From Candidatus Poribacteria bacterium (lineage in GTDB: Bacteria; Poribacteria; WGA-4E; WGA-3G), in contig JAPPIG010000101.1 of NCBI GenBank assembly GCA_028820635.1, forward strand, positions 17,484-81,483: 64,000 bases of DNA, given 5' to 3'. Below, one piece after another: positions 26,937 through 36,550 of this stretch; positions within the stretch are counted from its first letter, which is position 1, and each line of letters starts with the position of its first letter. The notes beneath the pieces were generated by a model. That model was not told the origin of the DNA. It saw nothing but the letters and a program-made list of their open reading frames with translations, and searched no databases. The position numbers and the translations under genes are program-made.

Positions 26937-28331
26937 CTATTTCGCAACAATGATTGTTCCTGTTTTAATACTATTCCCAACTTGTAATTGATAAATATAG
27001 ATGCCGCTTTCAACGATTTCACCACTTTCATTTTTCCCGTCCCATTTTAGTTCCGTTTCACCAAGTTGTGCGGTCAAGGTTTTTACAAGCACTCCGTTTA
27101 GATTGAAGAGAAGCACACTAAATTCACCTTCAACTTCTTCAACTGCGCGTGCTGGGAAGATTAAGGTGTTGAAATCGGGATCAGCGGATAGCGGTGTGAA
27201 CGGATTGGGATAAGGTTTATCAAATATCCGAAATCTTTCCTTTGCTGGAGTAGATTCGTTGTCTGCCTCGTCAATCGCGATTACAGCATAAATAAAACTC
27301 CCCACTGATAAAGGTCTTCTATCAACAAATTTAAAATCGGAAGATTCATGTGAGACATCATCAGTAGATATTTCACCATCGGGGAGAGGTTCCAAAGTTT
27401 CAACTTCTGAAGAACCGAACAGAATTTGATACCTTGTTACATCACGACTAACACTTGGCTTCCATGAAACTTCTATACCTTCACTTGAGGTAACAACACG
27501 GAGCATGTTCGGCGATTCAGGTGCGGCAGTGTCTTCTGATACCTCTACAGTCTGTATCGGCGAACGTCCTGATTGCAAAAAGAGCGTCTTGTAAGCAGTT
27601 ATCTCATACGTATGATTTCCGGGGAGAACGTCTACATCACGAAACGTTGTTGATGCTCGGTTTTCTACGTTTATTTGGAAATCTTTATCCCTATAGATGA
27701 GGTAACCGTTAACATCTGGATCAGTTGATTTTTGCCAACGGAGTGTTACATCATTTTCACCAGTTTTGTCAGACTCGGCAATAAAGCCAGAAACAGGGGC
27801 AGGCGGCACATTTGGGATTACTTGTAATGTGAAGTCATCATTATTTAATTTACCATCTGCTTGTCCTTCTTCTATATATTCACCGATCGGAACGTCATCG
27901 TTATTACGCAGCAGTACTCTAAACACCGCTTCAAAGAAATTATTTGATGTTCTACAGTCAAATGCAATTTCATATCTTGAGTTCTGAGTATCCACGATCG
28001 TTTGCGCAAGTTCTATACGCAGCGCATTTCCAGAGATTATCGCTTTCGCTTTTAGTGTTTCTTTATCTCGTAAGATACTATCAAATTCGGATACTTGGGG
28101 GACAAACCCTGAGGGCATTATTATTTCAATAGTCTTGATTTCTTCACCGATTTCTGCCAATGACCTATCAATTTGAAGTGTGACAATGAGTGGCACTGTT
28201 GAACTGGCAGGGACAATACCTTTAGTTTGACCAGCGACGTTAATTTCACCCTGTGATGTGACCGCACCGTAACTATAGTGAGTAAAAAGTAGGCTAATGA
28301 TTAAGACCAAAATAAGAAATGGATTTTTCAT
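26937..28331 (-). CDS. Secreted FN3-repeat protein with a FlgD-Ig / T9SS-type C-terminal domain
   Basis: Signal peptide. Two FN3-like repeats (PPAPVSGF...LRWQKS, PESPNMLRV...VSWKPS). The C-terminus reads PYPNPFTP...LKWDGKNESGEIVESGIYIYQL. Confidence 0.65.
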   Translation of the reverse strand: MKNPFLILVLIISLLFTHYSYGAVTSQGEINVAGQTKGIVPASSTVPLIVTLQIDRSLAEIGEEIKTIEIIMPSGFVPQVSEFDSILRDKETLKAKAIISGNALRIELAQTIVDTQNSRYEIAFDCRTSNNFFEAVFRVLLRNNDDVPIGEYIEEGQADGKLNNDDFTLQVIPNVPPAPVSGFIAESDKTGENDVTLRWQKSTDPDVNGYLIYRDKDFQINVENRASTTFRDVDVLPGNHTYEITAYKTLFLQSGRSPIQTVEVSEDTAAPESPNMLRVVTSSEGIEVSWKPSVSRDVTRYQILFGSSEVETLEPLPDGEISTDDVSHESSDFKFVDRRPLSVGSFIYAVIAIDEADNESTPAKERFRIFDKPYPNPFTPLSADPDFNTLIFPARAVEEVEGEFSVLLFNLNGVLVKTLTAQLGETELKWDGKNESGEIVESGIYIYQLQVGNSIKTGTIIVAK

Positions 28332-28347
28332 GAGGCAATAACCTTTG

Positions 28348-29304
28348 TTAGAATAGTAGATTTACAGAAAATCGTTGTGTTGTGTTATCTTGAAGGTCAC
28401 CGGTCAGTAACTGAAATCCGTAATCAAGTTGAAGTGCTGTACTACCAATTGGTATCTTGGCACTGCCACCGAGATTTAGGGTTGTAGCTGAATTACCACC
28501 AGTTTTCATTCCGTAGCCGCCTCGAATTGCAATGGCTTTATTAAGCCAGATTTCTGCACCTGCACGCGTGAAAATTTCACCATTGCGTGATGTGACCTCA
28601 ATAGTTCCTAAACTTGCTTTCAACAAGTTACTCATTACAGCACCTTGGGCACTCATTTCAGCAATTGATTCAAGCCTATATACAAGACCAGCACGGATAT
28701 TCTGAGGAACTGAATCTGTATGTGCATCGGATACGCTCATATCTGCAGGAAGTAAATTTTCTACGGATATTCCGATACTGAGACTATTGAAAGGTTTAGC
28801 AATTAAACCAACATCGAAAGATAAAGCTGAACTTGAGGTTTGCGTAAAATATGGATTCTCAATCACGAATTCGTTATCTTCATCATAAGTAATGCCGAAC
28901 AACTTTAGATTTGCACCGACTCCCAATTGCTTAAAAATAGTATTACCATAAGAGAAGCGAATTGTTTGCTCTTGATAGATGTCAGAATCTTCTGTAAGGA
29001 TACCGATATTTGCACCGAGTGTTCCCACACTTCCGAGCGGCATGATTCCTCCTATCGTGTTGTAGGTAATGAGACCGCTAAATCGCTGTGCATACGTAGC
29101 GCCAATTTGGATCTCCTCAATATAGGCTAATCCAGCAGCGTTGTAGTTTGGAGCATTGCTATCATCAGCGAGCGCGACGAACGCTCCACCAAGACCGAGA
29201 GGACGAGCACCAACACCAATATCATTAAATGCAGCAAAAGTCAGCGGCGTAAAGCATAGGGTCATGAACAGTATGTAAAAACAACTCAGTTTAATTTTTG
29301 TCAT
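28348..29304 (-). CDS. PorV/PorQ-like (UPF0164-like) outer-membrane beta-barrel protein
   Basis: Signal peptide, GARPLGLGGAFVALADDSNAPNYNAAGLA, alternating beta-strand pattern and a terminal Phe. Confidence 0.6.
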   Translation of the reverse strand: MTKIKLSCFYILFMTLCFTPLTFAAFNDIGVGARPLGLGGAFVALADDSNAPNYNAAGLAYIEEIQIGATYAQRFSGLITYNTIGGIMPLGSVGTLGANIGILTEDSDIYQEQTIRFSYGNTIFKQLGVGANLKLFGITYDEDNEFVIENPYFTQTSSSALSFDVGLIAKPFNSLSIGISVENLLPADMSVSDAHTDSVPQNIRAGLVYRLESIAEMSAQGAVMSNLLKASLGTIEVTSRNGEIFTRAGAEIWLNKAIAIRGGYGMKTGGNSATTLNLGGSAKIPIGSTALQLDYGFQLLTGDLQDNTTQRFSVNLLF

Positions 29305-29312
29305 TTTTTTTC

Positions 29313-29951
29313 CTACGGTCTACCTGTCATTGGAACAAAATTAACGCCAGTGATTCTTGTGGTTTCAAATTTACCGCTACGTTTCTGTACTAAGAGAAGT
29401 TCTTGTATATCCGAACCAACAGGGATAACCATTCGTCCGCCTTCGACGATTTGTTGTGTAAGTCTATGTGGTATCTTTTTAGGGGCGGCTGTTACAAGTA
29501 TGCCATCATACGGGGCATGCTCAATCCAACCGTAATAACCGTTTCCTTGTTTAAGATAAATGTTCTGATAGTTAAGTGCATTTAGCCTTGCTTTTGCACT
29601 TTTTGCAAGTTCCGATAGAATTTCAACTGAATAAACATCCTTAGCGAGTTCTGCCAATACTGCCGTTTGGTACCCACACCCTGTGCCGATTTCAAGTACT
29701 CTGGAAAGAGGATTTAATTCCAATAATTCTGTCATTAATGCAACTATGTAAGGTTGTGAAATTGTTTGCCCCTTATCTATTGGAAGGGGTCTATCATGAT
29801 ATGCCCATTTATAGAATTCGGGTGTTACAAACAGATGCCTCTGAATTTTTTCCATCGCAGCCAGTATTTCAGGATTCTGAATATCACGTTTTTCAAGTTG
29901 GTTGCGTACCATTTTTTGTCTGGCAATAGTAAATTCATCGGCTTGTGTCAT
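29313..29951 (-). CDS. pcm: Protein-L-isoaspartate O-methyltransferase
   Basis: QTISQPYIVA and the SAM motif VLEIGTGCGYQTAVLAEL; 212 aa. Confidence 0.9.
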   Translation of the reverse strand: MTQADEFTIARQKMVRNQLEKRDIQNPEILAAMEKIQRHLFVTPEFYKWAYHDRPLPIDKGQTISQPYIVALMTELLELNPLSRVLEIGTGCGYQTAVLAELAKDVYSVEILSELAKSAKARLNALNYQNIYLKQGNGYYGWIEHAPYDGILVTAAPKKIPHRLTQQIVEGGRMVIPVGSDIQELLLVQKRSGKFETTRITGVNFVPMTGRP

Positions 29952-30047
29952 TGTCTGCTTCCTTGAATTTTATCATGTGCCTGACTCGCAAAATTACAAT
30001 CTGAAATTATGGTAGAGATTAGAATTAACGTTACATTTCTGAACTGT

Positions 30048-30171
30048 GAATCAACGCTGAATGCGCTTTTGGCATTCAGCCAAATCAACGCCAAATGCGC
30101 TTTTGGCGGGAGGGAACTCCGCTTCCCGACTGCTCCTAACTTTCTGTCGCGATTCGGAGATCGCTCCTACA
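30048..30171. repeat. Two tandem AATCAACG...hairpin motifs plus a REPIN doublet
   Basis: GAATCAACGCTGAATGCGCTTTTGGCATTCAGC and AAATCAACGCCAAATGCGCTTTTGGC are followed by GGGAGGGAACTCCGCTTCCCGAC...GTCGCGATTCGGAGATCGCTCCTACA. Confidence 0.8.
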
Positions 30172-30214
30172 GAGGAAATGTAGAATTATTTCTATAGTCC
30201 ACTATAAATTAAAA

Positions 30215-32635
30215 CTATGAACCGACGTTTATTTCATAAGGTATCATCAGAAAGATTCGATGCTTTTTGATGATATTGAGTAATTTTAAGCTCGGTGTTT
30301 CTCCAAACAATTCATGCCCAAAAGATTGGTAGATATCCGACATCTGAAACATCCTACTGGATATGAGTTGGATGTTTCCCAACAATTGAGTAATCCAAGG
30401 CAGCTTAGGTAGTCGGACTATTTCTACCACTTCATTGTCTAAACCTGCCCGTTTTTTTGCGATTGAGAGTGCCTTGCTGAGACCTCCGAGTTCGTCAACC
30501 AAGCCTTTTTCTTTTGCTTGTCGTCCTGTCCATACTCGTCCACGGGCGACTTTATCTACATCTGCTTTCGTTAATTGTGTTCTTCCTCTTGCAACTTTAG
30601 ATGTAAAATCTTCATAAATTTCGTTGATCTGTTTTTGCACAATCTCCTGTTCGTCTTGCGGAAAATCACTATAATTGCTGTAAAAGTCGGCATGTGCTCC
30701 ACGTTTTATAATTTCCTTCTTGATACCGAGTTTTTCATATAATCCCTTGAAACTATATTTTCCACCAATTACACCTATAGAACCGGTAATTGTCCCTGGT
30801 TCTGCAACAATAACATCAGCGGGTGCAGCGATGTAATATCCACCAGAAGCGGCAACATCTGCCATAGAAACGATAAGTGGTTTTGTAATGGTAAGATTTA
30901 TGAGTTCATTCCATATAATATCCGCTGCGATGACCAATCCACCACCACTATCGATTCGCAAAACGACCGCTTTAATCGCTTCGTTTTGCCGTGTGTATCT
31001 GATTGTCCGCGCAATGGTTTCAGCACCCATCACTTTCGTTCCTGTAAATGGGTCCGTGAAACTCTCGCCCGTCAACATCATTCCCTCTGCCTTAATAATC
31101 GCAATTTTCGGTTTTGGTACCGTCCAGTCATGCGGATATAACCCACTATTTAGATATTCATTTACGTTAACAAGGTTAACTTTGCTTTCTGCAAGTTTGT
31201 TGGCTCTGTGATCCAGACCATCCGTATAAATAAGTTCATCTACAATTTTTAATTTACGTGCTTGATTTGCAGTAAAAGGACCTTGATCAATCAGTTGCTT
31301 AACGTATTCAGGAGTCCAACCTCTTGCAGTTGCAATATCTGTCGTAAGTTGGTCGTATAGATCATCAAGGATTGAATTTAGGTTTTCGCGATGTGGATCG
31401 GACATATTGCTTCGAGTGAAAGGTTCCGATGCAGATTTATATTCACCAATATGTTCAAGATGTGCTCGGATGCCGAGTTTGTCTAACGCCCCCTTGTAAA
31501 AGGAGCGTTCTGACCGTAAACCGATAAGACGTACTCCGGCACTTGGATGTATCAAAATTTGATCACATGCCGAGGCTACGATATAATCACCAGTGGAACA
31601 ATCGGTGATATAGCACATAACGACTCTACCCGATTCCCTGAATTCCATGATTGCATCGCGTATCTCTTGGAATTGCCCCATTCCGTACTCACTCCCGTTA
31701 ATTCGGATTAAAACACCTGCAACATCTTCGTCCCATTTAGCGATTCGAAGTATTGTGTCAAGGTGCTGCAACCCTGTGTCAAGAAATAAGCGTTTACGGG
31801 GAATTGGTTTGGTGATTGAAGCTGATGAAAACTGAAAGTAACCAACGCCTGTGTTCGTTTTTCTGTTTTCATCAAAACAGTTTGCGGTGCCGATGCCGAT
31901 ATTTCCAATGTTAATACCGAAACGTATATCAAAACTGCGATCACTATTATATGCGCCGCGGAGCATAAGTTCACGAATTGGGCGGATTTCAACAGCGTAA
32001 CTCAGATCAATTCCACTCACGTCTTGTGTTTTCTGCATATCTATGGATAAAGTCGTGCGCCATGTTCCTGGTCGAAGTGCGATACCAAAATCGTAAGTTC
32101 GTCCTAACTTTTGATTGAACAATTTTGGGCGATTCAGGTCGCGTCCTATTGCCCCGATTGAGAAATAACGGCGACGATACATCAACCCGATAGAAAGCGA
32201 ATTATATCGGTCGTAAAAGCGATTATCTGAGTTAACCCAACTATAACTTGTTCCCCAGTATAGTGCATTGCCGAAATGGTGTCCTGCAGACAAACTGTAA
32301 CGCGTAAAATTAATATTCTCCGAAGCGTTTGCGAATTCCACGCTGAATCCACCACTTGGCACCGAAATAAATAGGGCATCATCACTCGGCAAATCGCTGT
32401 GATATGTTCGTAAGTAATATAGATTTAGTGCGCGGCGAGTACCGAGACCTGCAGGGTTGAAAAAAGTCGCCAAAGCATCGTCGCTCATGGCAACAGAGTT
32501 TGCGGGCAGATGCGTGCGTATCTTTGGAGGTTCTGCTCTTGCCAGAATTGGAAGCAAACTACAGATAAAGAGGATACAAATTAACTTTTTTTGCATGTTC
32601 AACGAATTGTCTTCTTTGGTGGGATTGGAATTCAT
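30215..32635 (-). CDS. sppA: Signal peptide peptidase SppA (two S49 domains) with an N-terminal PorV-like beta-barrel-type extension
   Basis: The C-terminal ~520 aa has two S49 modules (ITDCSTGDYIVASACDQI; MADVAASGGYYIAAPAD...GSIGV). The N-terminal ~290 aa has a signal peptide, MSDDALATFFNPAGLG and alternating beta-strand character. Confidence 0.75.
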   Translation of the reverse strand: MNSNPTKEDNSLNMQKKLICILFICSLLPILARAEPPKIRTHLPANSVAMSDDALATFFNPAGLGTRRALNLYYLRTYHSDLPSDDALFISVPSGGFSVEFANASENINFTRYSLSAGHHFGNALYWGTSYSWVNSDNRFYDRYNSLSIGLMYRRRYFSIGAIGRDLNRPKLFNQKLGRTYDFGIALRPGTWRTTLSIDMQKTQDVSGIDLSYAVEIRPIRELMLRGAYNSDRSFDIRFGINIGNIGIGTANCFDENRKTNTGVGYFQFSSASITKPIPRKRLFLDTGLQHLDTILRIAKWDEDVAGVLIRINGSEYGMGQFQEIRDAIMEFRESGRVVMCYITDCSTGDYIVASACDQILIHPSAGVRLIGLRSERSFYKGALDKLGIRAHLEHIGEYKSASEPFTRSNMSDPHRENLNSILDDLYDQLTTDIATARGWTPEYVKQLIDQGPFTANQARKLKIVDELIYTDGLDHRANKLAESKVNLVNVNEYLNSGLYPHDWTVPKPKIAIIKAEGMMLTGESFTDPFTGTKVMGAETIARTIRYTRQNEAIKAVVLRIDSGGGLVIAADIIWNELINLTITKPLIVSMADVAASGGYYIAAPADVIVAEPGTITGSIGVIGGKYSFKGLYEKLGIKKEIIKRGAHADFYSNYSDFPQDEQEIVQKQINEIYEDFTSKVARGRTQLTKADVDKVARGRVWTGRQAKEKGLVDELGGLSKALSIAKKRAGLDNEVVEIVRLPKLPWITQLLGNIQLISSRMFQMSDIYQSFGHELFGETPSLKLLNIIKKHRIFLMIPYEINVGS

Positions 32636-32764
32636 TTTGTAACAATACCATATATCTGAATAAATGGCAAGAGAAAAGTATATAGGCAGGGTTTTGAAAA
32701 TTTTCGGTTTCTAATTTCAATCTTTTGGCTGGGTTTGTAGGGTAGTCAGAAATTAATTTTGTGG

Positions 32765-33580
32765 TCAGGTTTGTCGTGCGTATTGTGGAAAAAGTTCATC
32801 ATGAATGTCACTACATTGCTGAAGATGGATTTTTCGCGTCTCGTCTGCAGTGTCTACCATAGTTGGGAAGAACATACCTGCGCCGGTGTCAATGTTGTAT
32901 CCACCAGCCGAATGGACGCTCAGATATTGATGCAACGTCTCTAAATCAGGTTCTGTTGTGCAATGTTGAGTGCAATTCATCGTGAACATCCGCCGCCGAG
33001 TTCCACCGCCAAATGATGCGTGGTAGGTATCGTGATTGAAAATTACTACATCACCAGGGTTGCTTTCTAACGCGATACTTGTTGGGAAGTCGCGCGGTGG
33101 AATACCGAACAACGCTTCCGATTGATTGGGATCAATCTTTTGTGCGCGTACAAAGTGTTCTGGGTTTTGGCTACCGGGTATTATTCGCAAGCATCCGGTC
33201 TCGCGTGTCAGAGGGTCAAGATAGAAGGCAACTTTACACGCGAAAAGTCTCCCCCAACTTCCATCAGGGTGCCAACCTGTATTACCTGTATAATAGTTTC
33301 CATCGCCGCCAGCATAGTTGAAATCTTCTCCGATAACTCCACCTATTAGTCCCTTTATACGCTCATCATCAAGCAGTGTACAGAGTTGAGGTCGATGTTC
33401 AATGGGGCCTCCGAACATTGTGCGGCGTGTACCGTCATGTTCCTTACCGCCACCAAATTCTTGGATTGAAATTTCAAATTCTTCTGTGATCCATTCAACT
33501 TCGCTCGGCGAAAACATATTGGGTATTGATAGGTAACCGAATGTGTTAAAGAAGTTTACTTGGTGTTCTGTAAGTTTCAT
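32765..33580 (-). CDS. Phytanoyl-CoA dioxygenase (PhyH) family oxygenase
   Basis: FFNTFGYLSIPNMF, WHPDG (HxD) and THHASF. I prefer ATG 33580, because the ORF-track TTG at 33598 contains the AAGGAG Shine-Dalgarno. Confidence 0.7.
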   Translation of the reverse strand: MKLTEHQVNFFNTFGYLSIPNMFSPSEVEWITEEFEISIQEFGGGKEHDGTRRTMFGGPIEHRPQLCTLLDDERIKGLIGGVIGEDFNYAGGDGNYYTGNTGWHPDGSWGRLFACKVAFYLDPLTRETGCLRIIPGSQNPEHFVRAQKIDPNQSEALFGIPPRDFPTSIALESNPGDVVIFNHDTYHASFGGGTRRRMFTMNCTQHCTTEPDLETLHQYLSVHSAGGYNIDTGAGMFFPTMVDTADETRKIHLQQCSDIHDELFPQYARQT

Positions 33581-33780
33581 GATATTCTCCTTTCTCAAAA
33601 TCGGAACTATGGGCGATAGATTACTTTCAAAATTTTGGTGTTGTTACGTAACATTATCAGGTGTAGCACTAATTGTCAAGGAATTTGATAATGTTGCATG
33701 AAATGTTTGAGATGTGCTTAAAAAAATAGACATCAAATCAATTGTGTCCCTAAAAAATGTTCTTCCTTAAATGGAAATGA

Positions 33781-33901
33781 CGAGGCACAGTAACCTCGCC
33801 TTACAATATAGTAATTATGTAAATAAGTTCACATATTCTGTAGGAGCGATCTCCGAATCGCGACCTTTTGTGAATGTCGGGAATCGGAGTTCCCTCCTAC
33901 A
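33781..33901. repeat. REP unit plus an inverted REPIN doublet
   Basis: CGAGGCACAGTAACCTCGCCTTAC at 33781-33804. CTGTAGGAGCGATCTCCGAATCGCGAC-N12-TCGGGAATCGGAGTTCCCTCCTACA at 33838-33901. Confidence 0.8.
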
Positions 33902-33968
33902 ACTTAGATGTAAAGTTAATTGTAAAATCTACTATAAATTAAGAAGTCAACAGAATGTTTATGTGTCT

Positions 33969-34706
33969 CTACGAAAGCCCATCCCAGTATTTCCACATAT
34001 CTTCAGGGGTATCAAACTTGATCTCATCCAAGTCTTTTCTGCGATACCTACCGATAAGAGCGATTCTGACGTTGCGTCCGCAGTTTGGTCCTGCGGTATG
34101 GCTCATCTGATGATGCCAGAAACAGACATCTCCACCTTCACCCGTGAATTCATAACTCGGTCCTAAGTCAAATGGAGCAACACCACCGGGGAGACTATCC
34201 AAATCATGATGTCTAAAATATTCCGCCCAAATGCGGTGACTTCCAGGCCAAATAGTAAACCCTCCACCTTGTTTCTCAACGGTGTCAAGATAGACGGATG
34301 CGCCCAATGTAAATGCCCCTACGACACCTTTAGGCACACCGTTACTCGGTGTATGGTATCCGTCGAGATGTCCTAAAGGTTCGCGCCACTCTCTGTCTGG
34401 GTCAGGAAAATTGATATGCGGTCCTGCACCACCATCGGGATGCAGTTTGCCCTCGCCTACCATCTCCTCCGCCATAGCGAAAACGTCGTTCCCGTAGATT
34501 GTCCCTTTAATGACATCTTCACCACCGATGGGGGCAGTGCGATATCCTTTGCGTATCCAAGATTCTGGGTCGTTCCTATCTTCTTCAAGTGAATCCCAAA
34601 CTTTATCTAATGCGGCATCAATCTCTTCTTGACTGAGTGCGCCGCGCATAACCAGATAACCGTTCTCTTTGAAAAATTCTTTATCTGCGTCTGTTAATAA
34701 AGGCAT
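33969..34706 (-). CDS. Phytanoyl-CoA dioxygenase (PhyH) family oxygenase
   Basis: FFKENGYLVMRGAL, GHLDGYH and WHHQMSH. I prefer ATG 34706 (MPLLTD, AAAGGA upstream). The longer ORF-track start would overlap the upstream gene. Confidence 0.65.
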   Translation of the reverse strand: MPLLTDADKEFFKENGYLVMRGALSQEEIDAALDKVWDSLEEDRNDPESWIRKGYRTAPIGGEDVIKGTIYGNDVFAMAEEMVGEGKLHPDGGAGPHINFPDPDREWREPLGHLDGYHTPSNGVPKGVVGAFTLGASVYLDTVEKQGGGFTIWPGSHRIWAEYFRHHDLDSLPGGVAPFDLGPSYEFTGEGGDVCFWHHQMSHTAGPNCGRNVRIALIGRYRRKDLDEIKFDTPEDMWKYWDGLS

Positions 34707-34725
34707 AGTTTTGTTCCTTTCAAAT

Positions 34726-35871
34726 TTAAGCGTTGACAATAAATCCGTTTTCTTCAACTGCTTTTTGATACGGTTCTTCATCTATCCTTAAACCAAAACC
34801 GGGGAGATTAGGGATATTCACATATCCATTAGAAATAGAATAGCTGGAATCGTCTATTCCTGGCGTTGTTGCATGGTCCCATTCAACAAATTCAAATTTT
34901 TCTACCTTTGCAGCAAGATGACCCGTAACAAAATTGCCGTAGTAACCGCCGTAGTGATGTGGTGCTGTGCCGACGTTGACTGCATCTAATTCAGGTCCCA
35001 ACTCAAGCCATCTTGAGAAACCTGGATGGAAAATATCGTATTGCACGATGTCAATGAGTCCATCTTTCGCCCAATTAACTAAATGAAGGGATGCGCCACC
35101 TTCGCCATCAGCGATTTTGGTCTGTATGCCTTCGGCGTTTAGCCATTCCTTCAGTAGACTATAAACACGTGCGTCCTCATGGAATGCTTCCTCCATCCAA
35201 TACACGTTTGCTTCTGCTGCTCCACCTAATACCTGTTTCGTAATGTTGAGATTGTAGCCGTTGTTTGCATCAATTAGAATTGTGGCATCCTGTCCTACGG
35301 CATCGCGCACCGCACAGATAACATCAATATCGCGCTGCGTGCCTTTTTCAAGGGGCATGTGCATAGCACCACGCCCAACCTTAATCTTATATGCGTTATG
35401 TCCACGTGCTTCGCCTTCAAGTGCTTCGGAAGCGATAAGCGCAGCAGCCTCTGCATTGTCTTCAAGATGTAGGTCATCAATGTAGAGAGAAGTATCATAA
35501 CACGGTGCTTGAAAATCGCCATTTTCACCGGATAACATCGCATAGACAGGTTTTTGTTTCAACTGCCCAACGAGGTCCCATAGTGGATACTCCATGAACT
35601 GATATTCCTCAGTCACACCGTCTTGCGCGTCAAATGCCTCGCTTAACTGAAACCCTACGATTGCCTCCGCTTTCTCACGTGAAATTGACGAAAACCCGAT
35701 GCCACTTGCACCGTCAGAAGTTGTGATACGTGCAATGGGTGGTCGCACATGTAAGCCGTGTTCACCGAGCCGCGAGTTACAACCAGCTTTGCGTGGGCGT
35801 TCACCTGTCAGACGTGCCCACTCAATTCGATCTATTTTTACATTTTCCAAAGATGTTCTCCTTATTGACAC
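34726..35871 (-). CDS. Enolase-superfamily enzyme (mandelate racemase/muconate lactonizing family, sugar-acid dehydratase-like)
   Basis: KxK motif YKIKVGRG. Metal-ligand pattern ILIDANNGY / WMEEAF / IADGEG. Confidence 0.7.
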   Translation of the reverse strand: MSIRRTSLENVKIDRIEWARLTGERPRKAGCNSRLGEHGLHVRPPIARITTSDGASGIGFSSISREKAEAIVGFQLSEAFDAQDGVTEEYQFMEYPLWDLVGQLKQKPVYAMLSGENGDFQAPCYDTSLYIDDLHLEDNAEAAALIASEALEGEARGHNAYKIKVGRGAMHMPLEKGTQRDIDVICAVRDAVGQDATILIDANNGYNLNITKQVLGGAAEANVYWMEEAFHEDARVYSLLKEWLNAEGIQTKIADGEGGASLHLVNWAKDGLIDIVQYDIFHPGFSRWLELGPELDAVNVGTAPHHYGGYYGNFVTGHLAAKVEKFEFVEWDHATTPGIDDSSYSISNGYVNIPNLPGFGLRIDEEPYQKAVEENGFIVNA

Positions 35872-35916
35872 TAATTAAACTCCTGCTATGTCCACCTATA
35901 TTTTATGGTTTAAAAG

Positions 35917-35941
35917 TCGCGACCAGGAGGTCGCTCCTACA
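35917..35941 (-). repeat. Single REP half-unit
   Basis: GTCGCGACCAGGAGGTCGCTCCTACA is a variant of the GTCGCGATTCGGAGATCGCTCCTACA arm. Confidence 0.6.
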
Positions 35942-36013
35942 GAAGAGGTCTTGCTGAAAACAAAGATATCCAAGATTTATATAATTCACCCACAATTGTA
36001 AGTGGAAATAGCA

Positions 36014-36523
36014 TTACATTTGCGTTTGAAGTAGAGCAATGCTCTTCGGGTCTAACTTATTGTAGTTCTCAATTTCATATCGATTGCCATCAGCATCTTT
36101 AATGAGGACGCGTCCGCTTTCAAGGGTAACTATGTCATATCGGGTACGGATTCCGAACTCAACATCGCCTTGACTTGTTTCAACATTCCAGGTCGTAACG
36201 CCAAATTGCCCATCAAGCGAATTGATTTTGGTAATTTTCGGCATAAAATATCGTTTCTGCAATTCTTCCGTGAGGACATCGCGTGAATTAGGCGTGAGTT
36301 TTTTTACATCTTCAACGATACCGAGCTCGTTTCCCTCATTATCTAAAAGGGAAATGTAGCGAGTAGTTTCACTTACCGGAAAACTACGCACTGGTTCAAC
36401 CTTCGTGTGAATTGTCCCGTCCGGAAGTTGGACTACAAGTTCTTCAAAAGCGTTACGACCAATGCTGACCTTGCTTGCGTCAAGGAATTCTAATTCATCA
36501 GCAACTTTAATCGCTTCATTCAT
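36014..36523 (-). CDS. DUF1854-family protein
   Basis: 169 aa. ...VRSFPVSETTRYISLLDNEGNELGIVEDVKKL...RYFMPKITKI...DADGNRYEIENYNKLDPKS fits the DUF1854 pattern as I recall it. It lies 27 nt downstream of the ABC exporter gene. Confidence 0.6.
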   Translation of the reverse strand: MNEAIKVADELEFLDASKVSIGRNAFEELVVQLPDGTIHTKVEPVRSFPVSETTRYISLLDNEGNELGIVEDVKKLTPNSRDVLTEELQKRYFMPKITKINSLDGQFGVTTWNVETSQGDVEFGIRTRYDIVTLESGRVLIKDADGNRYEIENYNKLDPKSIALLQTQM

Positions 36524-36550
36524 TAGCCTCTCCCTAATCTATTTGTAATG

